From: an uncultured Gemmatimonadaceae bacterium
GTDB taxonomy: Bacteria; Gemmatimonadota; Gemmatimonadetes; Gemmatimonadales; Gemmatimonadaceae
Direction: 5' to 3'
Assembly (NCBI GenBank): GCA_963781585.1
Contig: CAWAGQ010000013.1
Span: 96,001-160,000, forward strand
DNA length: 64,000 nucleotides
Notes under the pieces: generated by a model
What the model saw: only the letters and a program-made list of their open reading frames with translations
Told to the model about the DNA's origin: nothing
Databases searched by the model: none
In this document: positions 9,927-20,414 of the stretch, in pieces
Layout of the letters: each line of letters opens with the position of its first letter
Position numbering within the stretch: position 1 is the stretch's first letter
Translations under genes and position numbers: made by a program

Positions 9927-12352
9927 CAGTGTGACAGCGGGAGTGAGGCCCGTGTCGCAGCGTGTCGAGGGCGGACCGCCTCGCGAAAGGCCAGGGACAG
10001 CACTTCATCCATCGTGCGGACCGGGTGGAATCGCATGGTCGCACGAACGTCAGCCGGCAACTCCTCGATCTCTCGGACGTTCGACGCCGGAATGACGACC
10101 TCATGGATGCGGGCGCGGAGCGCCGCTACCGCCTTTTCCTTGAGGCCACCAATCGCAAGCACCCTGCCGCGGAGGGTGATCTCGCCGGTCATGGCCACAT
10201 CGCCGCGGACGGGCGTCCCGGTCAGTGCCGAAATAATTGCGGTTGCGATGGCGATACCGGCGGACGGGCCGTCCTTGGGCGTGGCGCCTGCCGGAATGTG
10301 GACGTGGAGGTCGCGACTGCGATGAAAATCGACCTCCACACCCAGGTGGCGCGCGCGCGACCGAATATAGCTGAGCGCAGCAGTGGCCGATTCCTTCATC
10401 ACGTCCCCAAGCGTGCCCGTGAGGTGGAGTTTTCCTCGACCCGGCACCGCGCTCACCTCGATCTCGAGCACCTCGCCGCCCGTTGACGTGTACGCAAGAC
10501 CCGACGCGACCCCCACCTTGTCATCCAGCGTCCCTTCGTCGGGATCGTAAGGCGCCACGCCGAGAAGTGCGCGCAGGTCGGCGGTGCCTATCTGCACGGG
10601 CGATCGCTCGCCGCGCCGCGCGGGCCCTTCGACATCATCGTCAATTCGGAGACGCTCGGTCTCGCGGCGCGCGACTTTTCGCGCGAGCCGCGCAAGCCGC
10701 CGCTCGAGCTCGCGTACGCCAGCCTCCCGGGTGTACTGGCGCACGATGGTCGGAAGAACGTCGGAGTCGAGCGTGACGTGGTCCCTTGCCAGCCCCGCCC
10801 GTTCCAGTTGCCGCGGCACGAGGAACTGTCGGGCAATGGCGTACTTCTCATGATCCAGATATCCCGGCAGACGCAGCGTCTCCATCCGGTCGCGCAACGG
10901 ATCGGGAATGTTGGCCAGCGAGTTCGCCGTGGTGAGGAACAGCACGCCCGACAGGTCGTAATCGACTTCCAGATAGTGATCGCTGAACGCGCGATTCTGT
11001 TCCGGATCCAGCACTTCGAGCAGCGCCGCCGATGGATCGCCGCGATAGTCCTGGCCCAGCTTGTCTATCTCATCCAGAAGCAGCACCGGATTGACCACCT
11101 CGGCGCGGCGCATCGCCTGAATGATGCGACCCGGTTGGGCGCCCACATACGTTCGGCGGTGCCCACGGATCTCGGCCTCATCTCGCACACCGCCAAGCGA
11201 CATGCGCACGAATCGACGGCCGAGCGCGCGGGCAATCGACTTTCCCAGCGAGGTCTTTCCGGTTCCGGGAGGGCCGACGAGACAGAGAATCGGGCCCTCG
11301 AGGCGCCCGACCATTGCGAGCACCGCAATGTGATCGAGAATCCGGTCCTTGGCTTCCTCCAGACCATAGTGGTCTTCGTCGAGCACGCGGCTGGCGTGGG
11401 CCACGTCCAAGACGTCATCGGTGCGTTCCGTCCAGGGCAGGGCAAGCAGCCAGTCAACATAGTTGCGACTGACCGTCGACTCCGGTGACATCGGCGACAT
11501 CCGTCGCATCTTCCGGACTTCACGCTCGATGCGCGTGCGTACCGATTCCGGCAGTCCCTTGGCGGCAAGTTGCGCGTCGAGCTCCTGCAGGTCGTCGCTC
11601 TCCTCCTGGCCGAGCTCCCGGTTGATCGCCTTGAGCTGCTCCTGGAGATAGAACTCGCGCTGGTTGCGGAAGAGTGACCCGCGAACGTCCTCGTCGATCT
11701 TGCGCTCGAGGCGAAGGATCTCGATTTCCGCCGCCATCAGTTCGGACAGCGCACCGAGGAGTTCCACCAGCGTCGGCGCTTCGAGCAATCGTTGGCGGAC
11801 ATCGTGCCGCACCGCCAGATGAACGGCGATGGCGCACGCCATCCGCTCTTCCGTGGCCGACGCCTGGGCCAGAGCCACCACTTCGGCAGGAAGCCGGCGC
11901 TGCAGCGCCACGTATTCCTCGAATCGCGACAGCACCTGGCGCGCCCGTGCTCGCTCGTCCGAAGAGGGCGCGCCGGCGCTGAGGGGCGCGGGCGCGATGG
12001 CGGCGCGCAGATGTCCGTGAGACTGCGAGTAGCGCGTGATACGGATACGCCCCAGCGCTTCCACCAGGACCCGGGTGGCGCCGGAGGGTAGCCTCGTGAG
12101 CTGTCGCACGCGGGCCACCACCCCCATGCGATGGAGGTCCGCTGCCGCGGGCTCCGCCGTTTCCGCGTTCCGCTGTGCTACGAGTACCAGCAGTTTGTCG
12201 TCGTCTGGTGCGGCGTCGATCGCCGCAAGCGACGCGTCCCGGCCCACCAGCAATGGCATCACGACGTAAGGAAACACCACCACGTCGCGAAGCGGCACTA
12301 CGGGCAGTCGGTTCGGGACGACGAACGATTCGGAGTCGCGGGTGAGAAGCAC
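9926..12352 (-). CDS. lon: Lon protease (endopeptidase La)
   Basis: [37 protein letters not shown]. Confidence 0.97.
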   Translation of the reverse strand: MLLTRDSESFVVPNRLPVVPLRDVVVFPYVVMPLLVGRDASLAAIDAAPDDDKLLVLVAQRNAETAEPAAADLHRMGVVARVRQLTRLPSGATRVLVEALGRIRITRYSQSHGHLRAAIAPAPLSAGAPSSDERARARQVLSRFEEYVALQRRLPAEVVALAQASATEERMACAIAVHLAVRHDVRQRLLEAPTLVELLGALSELMAAEIEILRLERKIDEDVRGSLFRNQREFYLQEQLKAINRELGQEESDDLQELDAQLAAKGLPESVRTRIEREVRKMRRMSPMSPESTVSRNYVDWLLALPWTERTDDVLDVAHASRVLDEDHYGLEEAKDRILDHIAVLAMVGRLEGPILCLVGPPGTGKTSLGKSIARALGRRFVRMSLGGVRDEAEIRGHRRTYVGAQPGRIIQAMRRAEVVNPVLLLDEIDKLGQDYRGDPSAALLEVLDPEQNRAFSDHYLEVDYDLSGVLFLTTANSLANIPDPLRDRMETLRLPGYLDHEKYAIARQFLVPRQLERAGLARDHVTLDSDVLPTIVRQYTREAGVRELERRLARLARKVARRETERLRIDDDVEGPARRGERSPVQIGTADLRALLGVAPYDPDEGTLDDKVGVASGLAYTSTGGEVLEIEVSAVPGRGKLHLTGTLGDVMKESATAALSYIRSRARHLGVEVDFHRSRDLHVHIPAGATPKDGPSAGIAIATAIISALTGTPVRGDVAMTGEITLRGRVLAIGGLKEKAVAALRARIHEVVIPASNVREIEELPADVRATMRFHPVRTMDEVLSLAFREAVRPRHAATRASLPLSH

Positions 12353-12518
12353 AGCGTGGGGTCAGGGGCCTGCAGCCAGGAACAGCGCGGGAGGCCGGAG
12401 GCAAAGGGCCAAAGGCAACGCCTGGGACCAGCGAAAACCTAAGCGTCCGAACAGCGACTCGCTGCCTCGGACGCCTGCGTGGCCGGATTCTTCCGCGCTC
12501 TCCGGCGAAGATGCGCTG

Positions 12519-13769
12519 CTACGCTTCCTTCTTCTGCCGCTTGGGCGCGATTTCGAGCATCGGAGGAGCGCCGTTGAGGATGCAGTTCTCGGTGACCTTG
12601 ACTTCCACCACATCCTCACGACTGGGCAGGTCGAACATCACGTCCAGCAGCACTTCCTCGAGGATCGCGCGAAGTCCCCGGGCACCGGTGCCGCGCTTCA
12701 GCGCCTTCTGCGCGACCGCCCGCAACCCGGACTCTTCGAACGTGATCCGCACGTTCTCGAACTCGAAGAGCTTGTGATACTGCTTGGTGAGGGCGTTCTT
12801 GGGTTCCTTCAGGATGCGAACCAGGGATTCCTCGTCGAGTGCCTCGAGGGGCACTACCACCGGAAGACGTCCCACCAGCTCGGGTATGAGGCCATAACGC
12901 AGGAGATCATCGGGCTCGATCTCGGCAAATGGATTGCGGGTGATCTTCTCGGCGCGCCCGCTCTCCAGATCCTCCTGCGTAAAGCCGATCTGTTTCCGGC
13001 CCGTTCTGGTCTCGATGATCTTGTCCAGTCCGTCGAAGGCACCGCCGCAAATGAAGAGTATGTCCTTCGTGTTGATCTGGATGTATTCCTGCTGCGGGTG
13101 TTTGCGGCCGCCCTGCGGCGGCACCGACGCGATCGTTCCCTCCAGGATCTTGAGGAGGGCCTGCTGCACGCCTTCGCCGGACACATCGCGCGTTATGCTC
13201 GGGTTCTCCGACTTTCGCGCGATCTTGTCGAGCTCGTCGATATAGACGATCCCGCGCTCACACTCTGCCACGTTGAAGTCGCCAGCCTGGAGCAGGCGAA
13301 CAAGGATGTTTTCCACGTCCTCGCCCACATATCCAGCTTCCGTGAGCGTGGTGGCGTCGGCAATGGTAAACGGGACGTCCAGGATCCGGGCCAGCGTCTG
13401 GGCGAGCAGCGTCTTGCCGACGCCTGTCGGGCCGAGCAGAAGGATGTTGCTCTTGTCGAGCTCGACATCGTTCTCGCGCGTATTGCCGGAATTGATACGC
13501 TTGTAGTGGTTGTAGACGGCGACCGAGAGCGCCTTTTTGGCGTGTTCCTGCCCGATCACGTACTGATCGAGCACGTCCTTGATTTCGGTCGGCGTGGGTA
13601 CCTGGGTGATAGCCTCCGCAACCTCGCGCTCCTCGTCCTCGGCAAGAATCTCGTTACAGAGCGCGATGCATTCATTGCAGATGTATACGGACGGACCGGA
13701 AATGAACTTCCGGACCGAGTCCTTCGACTTTCCGCAGAACGAGCAACGCAAGTGTTTGTCGTGCGACAT
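12519..13769 (-). CDS. clpX: Clp protease ATP-binding subunit ClpX
   Basis: CSFCGK zinc finger, [25 protein letters not shown] loop. Confidence 0.98.
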   Translation of the reverse strand: MSHDKHLRCSFCGKSKDSVRKFISGPSVYICNECIALCNEILAEDEEREVAEAITQVPTPTEIKDVLDQYVIGQEHAKKALSVAVYNHYKRINSGNTRENDVELDKSNILLLGPTGVGKTLLAQTLARILDVPFTIADATTLTEAGYVGEDVENILVRLLQAGDFNVAECERGIVYIDELDKIARKSENPSITRDVSGEGVQQALLKILEGTIASVPPQGGRKHPQQEYIQINTKDILFICGGAFDGLDKIIETRTGRKQIGFTQEDLESGRAEKITRNPFAEIEPDDLLRYGLIPELVGRLPVVVPLEALDEESLVRILKEPKNALTKQYHKLFEFENVRITFEESGLRAVAQKALKRGTGARGLRAILEEVLLDVMFDLPSREDVVEVKVTENCILNGAPPMLEIAPKRQKKEA

Positions 13770-13902
13770 AGGCTCTGGGGGTATCGGCCCGTCGCCGCCT
13801 CACCCAAGGCGGAGTACCTCGAAATAGACGCGTGGGGCGCCTCGCTAGCAATTGGGAGCGGGGGGTAACCGGCTTGCACCCCCTGCCGCGCCCTCCTTCT
13901 TT

Positions 13903-14532
13903 CTACCCGGTCGCCGCGGGCTGGCGCAAGGCCTCCTGCACCTCGTTTCGGCTCGCCACGATGTTGTCGATGATTCCGTAGTCCTTGGCCTCTTCCGCCG
14001 ACATGAAGCGGTCCCGGTCGACGTCGCGCTCGATCTGCTCCAACGGCCGTCCGGTGTGGTGGGCCATCAGCTCATTCATCTTGTTGCGCAAATAGAGAAT
14101 CTCGCGGGCCTGGATTTCGATGTCGGCGGCTGAACCCTGTGCCCCGCCCGAGGGCTGATGGATCATGATCCGCGAGTGGGGCAGCGCCGAGCGGCGGCCG
14201 GTGCGTCCGGCGGCCAGCAGGAAGGCCGCCATGCTGGCTGCCAATCCCATGCAGATCGTGTTCACAGGCGACTTCAGGAATTGCATCGTGTCGTAGATCG
14301 CGAGTCCCGCTGAGACCGATCCGCCCGGTGAGTTCACGTACACATGGATGTCCCGTTCGGGGTTGTCCGCGTCCAGGAAGAGGAGTTGGGCAATGACGAT
14401 GTTCGCGACGTCGTCATTGATCGGCGTCCCGAGGAAGACAATGCGGTCCATGAGTAGGCGACTGAAGATGTCGTATGTCCGCTCGCCGCGGCTGGACCGC
14501 TCGATCACATAGGGTGGATAGATCGTTGGCAT
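13903..14532 (-). CDS. clpP: Clp protease proteolytic subunit
   Basis: [26 protein letters not shown]. Confidence 0.98.
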   Translation of the reverse strand: MPTIYPPYVIERSSRGERTYDIFSRLLMDRIVFLGTPINDDVANIVIAQLLFLDADNPERDIHVYVNSPGGSVSAGLAIYDTMQFLKSPVNTICMGLAASMAAFLLAAGRTGRRSALPHSRIMIHQPSGGAQGSAADIEIQAREILYLRNKMNELMAHHTGRPLEQIERDVDRDRFMSAEEAKDYGIIDNIVASRNEVQEALRQPAATG

Positions 14533-14677
14533 GGTGGTCGGTCAGAAGGAGACAGTGATAGTTATGCGGGAGGCGGCGCAACCAGACGTGGCGCGGGCCA
14601 TCGGGATGCGGAAGCGGGGACGGCCGGGGCCATCGCCGTGGTCCGTTGACCCTTCACCCTAATGCGCGGGGGTTGCG

Positions 14678-15916
14678 TCATTCAACCGTGTTTCGCTCCA
14701 GAAGCCACTTGAAGACCTTTTCCTCCGTGATACCCCGCTCCAGTTCCTTGAGACGCCCAGCCTTTTCGAGGGAGGCGTACAGCTGCCCGGGATCCGAGCC
14801 GCGTTTCGCAGCAAGCTCGCTGATTTTTTCGTCCAATTCGCTCTCTTTTGCTGCCAGGCCTTCCCGGTCGGCGAGCGTCTCGATGATCAGGTCGCGTCGG
14901 ACCTGTCGCTCCGCCATGGGGCGGAACTGCCCGACGAAGCGCTCACGCTCCTGCTCGGGAATCTGGTAGCGCTCTGCGTACGCACTCACCAGCTGAGCGA
15001 CCCAGCTTGGCGGAACGTCGAACGCGTTCGCGCCGGCGATTTCGTCGACCAGCTTCTGCCGCATCTCGGCATCGGCTTCGCGGGTGGCTTCGCTGACCAG
15101 TTCGTCCCGTACGGTCGTCCGCAACGCGTCTGCCGACTCGAATTCGCCGACCGTGTGCGCGAACGCATCGTCCAGGGTGGGAAGCGATTTCCGCTTCACG
15201 TCGTTCAGAGTAACGCGCACGACTTTGGTGCGGGAGCGCTGCGATTCGTCGGGGAAGTCCTCGGGCCACTTGACCGGCTGTTCGACTGTCTCTCCCGGCC
15301 GGGCCGACATGATGAGCTCCTCCACGCCGGCGATGGCCTGGCCTCCTCCCAGCACGAGTCGGAACTCCTTTCCTTCCGGCATCTGCCCGGATTCGTCGGC
15401 CGTGGACAGGACGACGGAAACCAGATCGCCCTCCTTCGGTTTGTCCTCCACGGGCGCCCACGAGGCGTGCTGCTCGCGAAGGGCGTCGACCTGCTCCTGG
15501 ACCTGCTCGTCCGAGACGACGCGTTCTGTGCGGGTTACCCGGAAGCCGTGGGTCCGCTCGAGCGCAATCTCGGGGCGCACCTCCAGGTGCAGCTCGAACG
15601 TGAGCGGCTCTCCCTCAGCGAACTTGAGGTCATGGACGTGCGGCTGGGCGGCCAGCTTGAGCGTGCCGTCTTCCATGACCTGCTTGTACGCCTCCTGGAT
15701 CAGCGACTCGACCGCCTCCTGGCGGATCGCCTCCCCATAGCGCTTGAGGACCATGGCGGGAGGCGCCTTGCCGGGACGAAAGCCGGGCAGGCGGACGGTC
15801 GACGCATATCGACGTGCGGCGCGCTCCTGGGCTTGTCGCACAGCGTCTGCAGGGACTTCCACCTGCAGCAGGCGTTCGACGCCCTCGGACTTCTTCGGAG
15901 TGATCTGGATAGCCAT
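14678..15916 (-). CDS. tig: trigger factor
   Basis: GFRPGKAP ribosome-binding motif, FKBP-like middle domain, tig-clpP-clpX-lon synteny. Confidence 0.95.
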   Translation of the reverse strand: MAIQITPKKSEGVERLLQVEVPADAVRQAQERAARRYASTVRLPGFRPGKAPPAMVLKRYGEAIRQEAVESLIQEAYKQVMEDGTLKLAAQPHVHDLKFAEGEPLTFELHLEVRPEIALERTHGFRVTRTERVVSDEQVQEQVDALREQHASWAPVEDKPKEGDLVSVVLSTADESGQMPEGKEFRLVLGGGQAIAGVEELIMSARPGETVEQPVKWPEDFPDESQRSRTKVVRVTLNDVKRKSLPTLDDAFAHTVGEFESADALRTTVRDELVSEATREADAEMRQKLVDEIAGANAFDVPPSWVAQLVSAYAERYQIPEQERERFVGQFRPMAERQVRRDLIIETLADREGLAAKESELDEKISELAAKRGSDPGQLYASLEKAGRLKELERGITEEKVFKWLLERNTVE

Positions 15917-15987
15917 CGGCGTGGTCGACTTGCGGCGGGGCGAGCCACCGAGTGGCGGAGCCCCGCGGGTTGCCGGTCGCCAAGAAG

Positions 15988-17538
15988 TTAACGGCTGGCG
16001 CGAGCCGCTGGTACGCGGTCCGGGGCGACCCGGGAGCGGTTCGCAGGAGGGCGACCGCCACCGGCCGCGTCCGCAGGTCCGATCATCGCGGCCACGAGCT
16101 TGGCGGAGCTCAGGACCCCGGGGATCCCCGGTCCCGGATGCGTGCCTGCGCCCACAAAGTACAGGTGCTGCACATCGGCACTTGCGTTATGAGGGCGAAA
16201 CCACGCCGACTGGGTGAGCAGCGGCTCGAGCAGGAAGGCGCTTCCGAACGGGCTGTTCATCTGGTCCCGGAAATACCGCGGATCGATTCGCATCTCGCAG
16301 ACGATGTGCTTCGACAGCTCCGGCAGGTATCGCGCTTCCAGGTACCTGACGATCCGGTCGCGCATGACGTCGCCCGCCCGCTCCCAGTCCACCCTTCCGT
16401 CCAGAAGCGGGACGGGCGCCAGCGCGTACCAGGTATCGCAACCTGGCGGAGCCAGCGACGGATCGGTCGCGGTGGGATGGTGCAGGTACAGGGAGAAATC
16501 GGGCGCGAGACGCTTGTGGCGGAAGACATCGTCCAGCAGGGCGGCGTACCGCGGCCCCATCAGAATCTCGTGGTGCGCGCGATCGGGGTAACGCCGGTCG
16601 GTGCCGAAATAGAGCACGAACAGGGACATGCCGTACTGGCGCCGTGCCACCTCTGAGGAGCCGGCGTCCCGACGGACGCGGGTGGGGACGAGATTCTCCC
16701 AGGTCCATCCGGGGTCGGCGTTGCTCACGACCGCGTCGGCAGGGACTTGCTCCCCGTTCGACAGCCGAACGCCCCCCACGCGTCGGGTCCGGGCATCGAC
16801 CAGGATCTCCTCGACCGTTGAGCCCAGGCGCAAATCGCCGCCCATCTTCCGGAACAGGGTGACCATCGCGTGTACCAGGGCGCCGGTCCCCCCGCGCACG
16901 TACCACACGCCGAACCGCCGCTCGAGCTCGGGAATAAGAGCGTAGATGGCCGGTGCGGTGAACGGATTGCCGCCAATGAGCAGGGGATGAAAGCTGAAGA
17001 CCTGCCGCAATCGAGCGTCGGCGACGTGGCGATTGACCAGCGACGCTACCGACCTCCACGCCCGCGTGCGGAGAAGGGAGGGCGCGAGTCGCATCATTCC
17101 AGCGAGCGAACCCATGGGCTGGTCGATGAGCGGCATCGCCACCTCGAAGATGCGACGTTCAGCGGCGGTCAATCGCCGGTAGCCCGCCAGGTCCCCGGGA
17201 TTGAAAGCCTCGACCTGCCGGAGCATCTCCTCCTCACTGCCGGAGCGATCGAAAGTCGAGCCGTCCTCGAAGCAGACCCGATAGAAGGGATCGAGTGGAA
17301 CCGTGGTGACGTAGTCCCGACGGTCACAGGCGCATTCGCTGAAGAGCTCGTCGATGAACTGCGGTGCGGTGATGATCGTGGGTCCGGCGTCGAACACGAA
17401 GCCGTCGCGCACAAAGACGCGCGCACGGCCGCCGGCGGTGTCGTGGCGCTCCAGCACGGTGACGTTGTGACCAAGTGCGCGAAGGCGAAGGGCGGCCGCC
17501 AGTCCTCCGAGCCCGCTTCCGACGACGACGATTCTCAC
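15988..17538 (-). CDS. crtI: phytoene desaturase family protein
   Basis: VVVGSGLGGL, FDAGPTIIT, QSAWFRPHN, GAGTHPGPGIPGV; start GTG 17538. Confidence 0.9.
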   Translation of the reverse strand: MRIVVVGSGLGGLAAALRLRALGHNVTVLERHDTAGGRARVFVRDGFVFDAGPTIITAPQFIDELFSECACDRRDYVTTVPLDPFYRVCFEDGSTFDRSGSEEEMLRQVEAFNPGDLAGYRRLTAAERRIFEVAMPLIDQPMGSLAGMMRLAPSLLRTRAWRSVASLVNRHVADARLRQVFSFHPLLIGGNPFTAPAIYALIPELERRFGVWYVRGGTGALVHAMVTLFRKMGGDLRLGSTVEEILVDARTRRVGGVRLSNGEQVPADAVVSNADPGWTWENLVPTRVRRDAGSSEVARRQYGMSLFVLYFGTDRRYPDRAHHEILMGPRYAALLDDVFRHKRLAPDFSLYLHHPTATDPSLAPPGCDTWYALAPVPLLDGRVDWERAGDVMRDRIVRYLEARYLPELSKHIVCEMRIDPRYFRDQMNSPFGSAFLLEPLLTQSAWFRPHNASADVQHLYFVGAGTHPGPGIPGVLSSAKLVAAMIGPADAAGGGRPPANRSRVAPDRVPAARASR

Positions 17539-18587
17539 GCCAGTTGCTCGCGACGATCCGCGAGGTGAGCCAGCTGCGCCCACGAGCGTGCGGGGTCAGC
17601 GAGCGCGAGCGCGGTCGGTACCAGCATTGCGGTTGCGCCGAGCGCGGCTGCCCACCAGAGTCCGTGGCGCAGGCAGATCGCGACTGGCATGATCCCGTTG
17701 ACCGCGTAGAGGAGAACAAAGAACCGCGAGCGTCCCAGTCGTTCGGCCACCAGGGAGGGTGGTGTCACCCAAAGCATCACACGCGCGATGATGGTTCCAG
17801 TGACATACCAGCCGAGCCAGTTGCTGACCGGCATGCCGTAGAACGCGTTGCCCGAGAAGAAGGTCGACACCCAACCGGGCAGCCCGGCGTCGTGAAACAT
17901 TTGACCGGCTCCCCAGCTCCAGTGCGCCATTCGCACCATGGCGGGATCCATGGAGATGTCCCAGGCCACGAGCACGGCACCAGCGAGCGCGGCCCACCGC
18001 CACCTCGCCGCCGCGTTGTCGGCGGCGCGAACGCGCCGGCTGACGATGGTGAGACAACCGACGAGCATGTAGAACCATGACACCGGTATGGGGAACGGGA
18101 CCAGGCCCAGAACACGGTAGCCCAGCAGCGACGAGTAGTGGTATTCCCCGAACGGGAGTGCGGTGCTCGTTCCGATGAGTTCAGCGCTCAGTGAGATGCC
18201 GGCACCCGCGACGAACAGTGTCAGGGCGCGTCGCGCGCCGAGTGCTCGTGCGAGAAAGGCGAGCGCTGCCAATGCGCCGAGAAGCACGTAGAGCGGCCCC
18301 GAGAATCGCCATCCGAGACGCATGACGGTCGCTGCCGGCTCCTGCAGCACCCAGGCGCCCGGGGGTCGACTGAGGATGGTCACCATCGCGGTCGTCGAGA
18401 ACGCGATGAGCGTCACGTGAGCGGTGAAGAGACCGATGGCGAGGCCGGGGCGTCGTGCGCGCACCTCGGGGCCGGTGAAGGGGAGGGGTGACGAGGGAGA
18501 CGTTGCCGAGCTCGGGGCTCGCGCAGCGTCGGCGAAGCCCGGCGGTGCGGAGGTCTCCGTGCCATGTGGGTTGCCGGCTCGTGTCAA
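17535..18587 (-). CDS. cruF: carotenoid 1,2-hydratase-like membrane protein (CruF family)
   Basis: ELIG...PFGEYHYS, VPFPIPVSWF, WDISMDPAM, YGMPVSNWLGW; lies between crtB and crtI. Start uncertain (TTG 18587). Confidence 0.78.
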   Translation of the reverse strand: MTRAGNPHGTETSAPPGFADAARAPSSATSPSSPLPFTGPEVRARRPGLAIGLFTAHVTLIAFSTTAMVTILSRPPGAWVLQEPAATVMRLGWRFSGPLYVLLGALAALAFLARALGARRALTLFVAGAGISLSAELIGTSTALPFGEYHYSSLLGYRVLGLVPFPIPVSWFYMLVGCLTIVSRRVRAADNAAARWRWAALAGAVLVAWDISMDPAMVRMAHWSWGAGQMFHDAGLPGWVSTFFSGNAFYGMPVSNWLGWYVTGTIIARVMLWVTPPSLVAERLGRSRFFVLLYAVNGIMPVAICLRHGLWWAAALGATAMLVPTALALADPARSWAQLAHLADRREQLA

Positions 18588-18594
18588 CCGGTCC

Positions 18595-19527
18595 TCACAC
18601 GGTTGCGTGCGACGTGCGGCGTGCAGCGTCGGGGGCCATTGACACCGGCGGGAGTTCGGGCAGCCGCCGGGTCCAGGCGCGTACCAGGACGCGCAGCAGT
18701 TCCGTGCGGCGGACAACCGCGCGCCGGGAGAACGAGTCGAATTCGATTGCCTCAATCGCCGCGAGGATCCCGGCATAGCCGGAAGCGCAGGCGAGGGCAC
18801 AGCGCTGCGCGTCAGATTGAAGCAGCGCAATTCCAGGTGTGGCGGCTCGATAGAGTTCACGGGCCCGCGCGATCTGGAATCGCATCAGGGCGCGCCACGA
18901 TGCGACCGCGCGGACGGCGGTGCCGTCGAGGACCTGTTCGCGCGACAGGGAGAAACGCCGCAGGTCCTCATCGGGAAGATAGACGCGGCCGCGCGCGGCA
19001 TCCTCCCCGACGTCGCGGAGTATGTTGGTCAACTGCATCGCGAGTCCGAGCGTGCGCGCGTGTCCGAGGGCGCGCTCGCGTTCGTCGGCGCCCCCGGTCG
19101 TGCCGAAGACGGCGGTGCACATCTCGCCCACGCTGCTGGCGACAGCGCGGCAGTAGCGCTCGAGATCGTTCCAGGTCGCGTAATGCGCGTACGAAAGGTC
19201 CCGCTCGACGCCGGCGAGAAGTGCTTCGAACGGCGCCCGCGGAATCTCGAAGCGGGCCATGGCGCGCAGGAGCTCGCGAAGCACCTCGTCCCGCGGCGTC
19301 TGGTGCATCGCCGCATGGAACGCATTCCGGTACTCCCGCAGTCGCGAGAGCGCGGTGGCCGCACCCTGCGGATCCGTCGCCAGGTCGACGATATCGTCTG
19401 CGGTACGGCAGAATGCGTAGACGGCATACACGCCACGCCGTTTGTGGCGTGGAAGCAGCCGGCTCGCCAGCGCAAAGGTCCGTGCGTGGCGGAGCACCAT
19501 CCGCTTGCAGCTGGCGGCATCGTTCAC
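18595..19527 (-). CDS. crtB: phytoene synthase
   Basis: YAFCRTADDIVD, YCRAVASSVG, MQLTNILRDVGEDAARGRVYLP. Start is GTG 19527 or ATG 19500. Confidence 0.92.
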   Translation of the reverse strand: MNDAASCKRMVLRHARTFALASRLLPRHKRRGVYAVYAFCRTADDIVDLATDPQGAATALSRLREYRNAFHAAMHQTPRDEVLRELLRAMARFEIPRAPFEALLAGVERDLSYAHYATWNDLERYCRAVASSVGEMCTAVFGTTGGADERERALGHARTLGLAMQLTNILRDVGEDAARGRVYLPDEDLRRFSLSREQVLDGTAVRAVASWRALMRFQIARARELYRAATPGIALLQSDAQRCALACASGYAGILAAIEAIEFDSFSRRAVVRRTELLRVLVRAWTRRLPELPPVSMAPDAARRTSHATV

Positions 19528-19529
19528 GA

Positions 19530-19577
19530 TGCGGAAGGGGGGACTCGAACCCCCACGGTTGTCCCACGGGATCCTAA
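19530..19577 (-). pseudogene. 3' half of the split host tRNA-Leu(TAG); left attachment junction
   Basis: Minus strand TTAGGATCCCGTGGGACAACCGTGGGGGTTCGAGTCCCCCCTTCCGCA contains the anticodon 3' strand, variable arm, T-arm and acceptor strand CTTCCGC. The acceptor strand pairs with GCGGAAG at 35629-35623. Confidence 0.93.
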
Positions 19578-19596
19578 AAATTATTTCCCCTTCTAG

Positions 19597-19681
19597 TGCG
19601 GGCGGAGGGATTTGAACCCACAAGTCCTTTTGGGACAACGGCTCCTAAGGCCGTCGCGTATGCCAGTTCCGCCACGCCCGC
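19597..19681 (-). tRNA. tRNA-Leu(TAG), element-encoded, 85 nt
   Basis: GCGGGCGTGGCGGAACTGGCATACGCGACGGCCTTAGGAGCCGTTGTCCCAAAAGGACTTGTGGGTTCAAATCCCTCCGCCCGCA: 7-bp acceptor stem, ACGGC/GCCGT anticodon stem, long variable arm, T-stem with one U-U mismatch, no encoded CCA. Confidence 0.93.
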
Positions 19682-19740
19682 GCTTCGATTTTTCGCCTAG
19701 TGTCCCTCTTGGTGTCCCTCTCGTCTAGTGGCACCCTGGA

Positions 19741-19749
19741 ATTCTAACA
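19741..19749 (-). promoter_or_regulatory. putative extended -10 promoter for the element tRNA
   Basis: Minus strand TGTTAGAAT (TGn-TAGAAT) about 60 bp upstream of the tRNA. Confidence 0.45.
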
Positions 19750-19992
19750 GGGCGGCGAAGAACAAGGCGACACCTGGGTCTGACACAGCCCCGTGTTTTA
19801 CCCCCATGCGATTTTACCCGAACTTCCGCGAACAACCTTCACGGGAGTTGTTGTGATGGCCAAAAGAGATAAAGAGAAGACTGGGGATTGCGCCGGAGAA
19901 CGGACTACTAAGGGTCACGTCATGTACGGCGTCGGCAAGTCAACGACGAGACATACGTCATCACGCGCCTGACGCCTCGGTACGCCCAGTAC

Positions 19993-20226
19993 ATGCTCGC
20001 GCTCACGCTTGATCGTGGCGATGCCATTGTGCTATCGGCAGACAATGAGGGGAACCTGCTACTGAGGGCGGCTTCGACCAGTGGGCGTTCGACTCGTTTC
20101 AGGATGCCTATCTCTGTGCGCGGGACCTCCTCGGCGTCGGTAATCCGGGGTTTGCGGCAACGTCGTGGTCGAGGACTGGAAATCGGAAGGCGAAAACGAA
20201 CGCCGAACCGGCATGGCGGACCTTGA
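19993..20226 (+). CDS. small hypothetical protein
   Basis: 77-aa ORF between the tRNA and the integrase; start uncertain. Confidence 0.3.
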   Translation: MLALTLDRGDAIVLSADNEGNLLLRAASTSGRSTRFRMPISVRGTSSASVIRGLRQRRGRGLEIGRRKRTPNRHGGP

Positions 20227-20414
20227 TCGTTCGCAAGCTCGAAGCGTTGATCGCCGACACGGAACGGAAGATGAAGGAAGAACAGGCAGCACAAAGCAAT
20301 ATCGCCTAACGTCATACGTCTGCGTGGCTTTGGTGTCCCATTGGGGTAAGATTTGACTATCAGCTCGTTAGGCGCTCGACCCTCAGTCGGACACCAATCA
20401 GCCACGGAGGTCAG

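Noticed and set aside
19528..19638. Extension of the crtB ORF through the tRNA sequences
   Set aside because: It runs across the recombination junction and tRNA structure; a chance open frame.
20304..20373. GCCTAAC...GTTAGGC resembling an integron attC site
   Set aside because: The inner L boxes are not complementary, there is no cassette array, and the integrase is not recognisably IntI.
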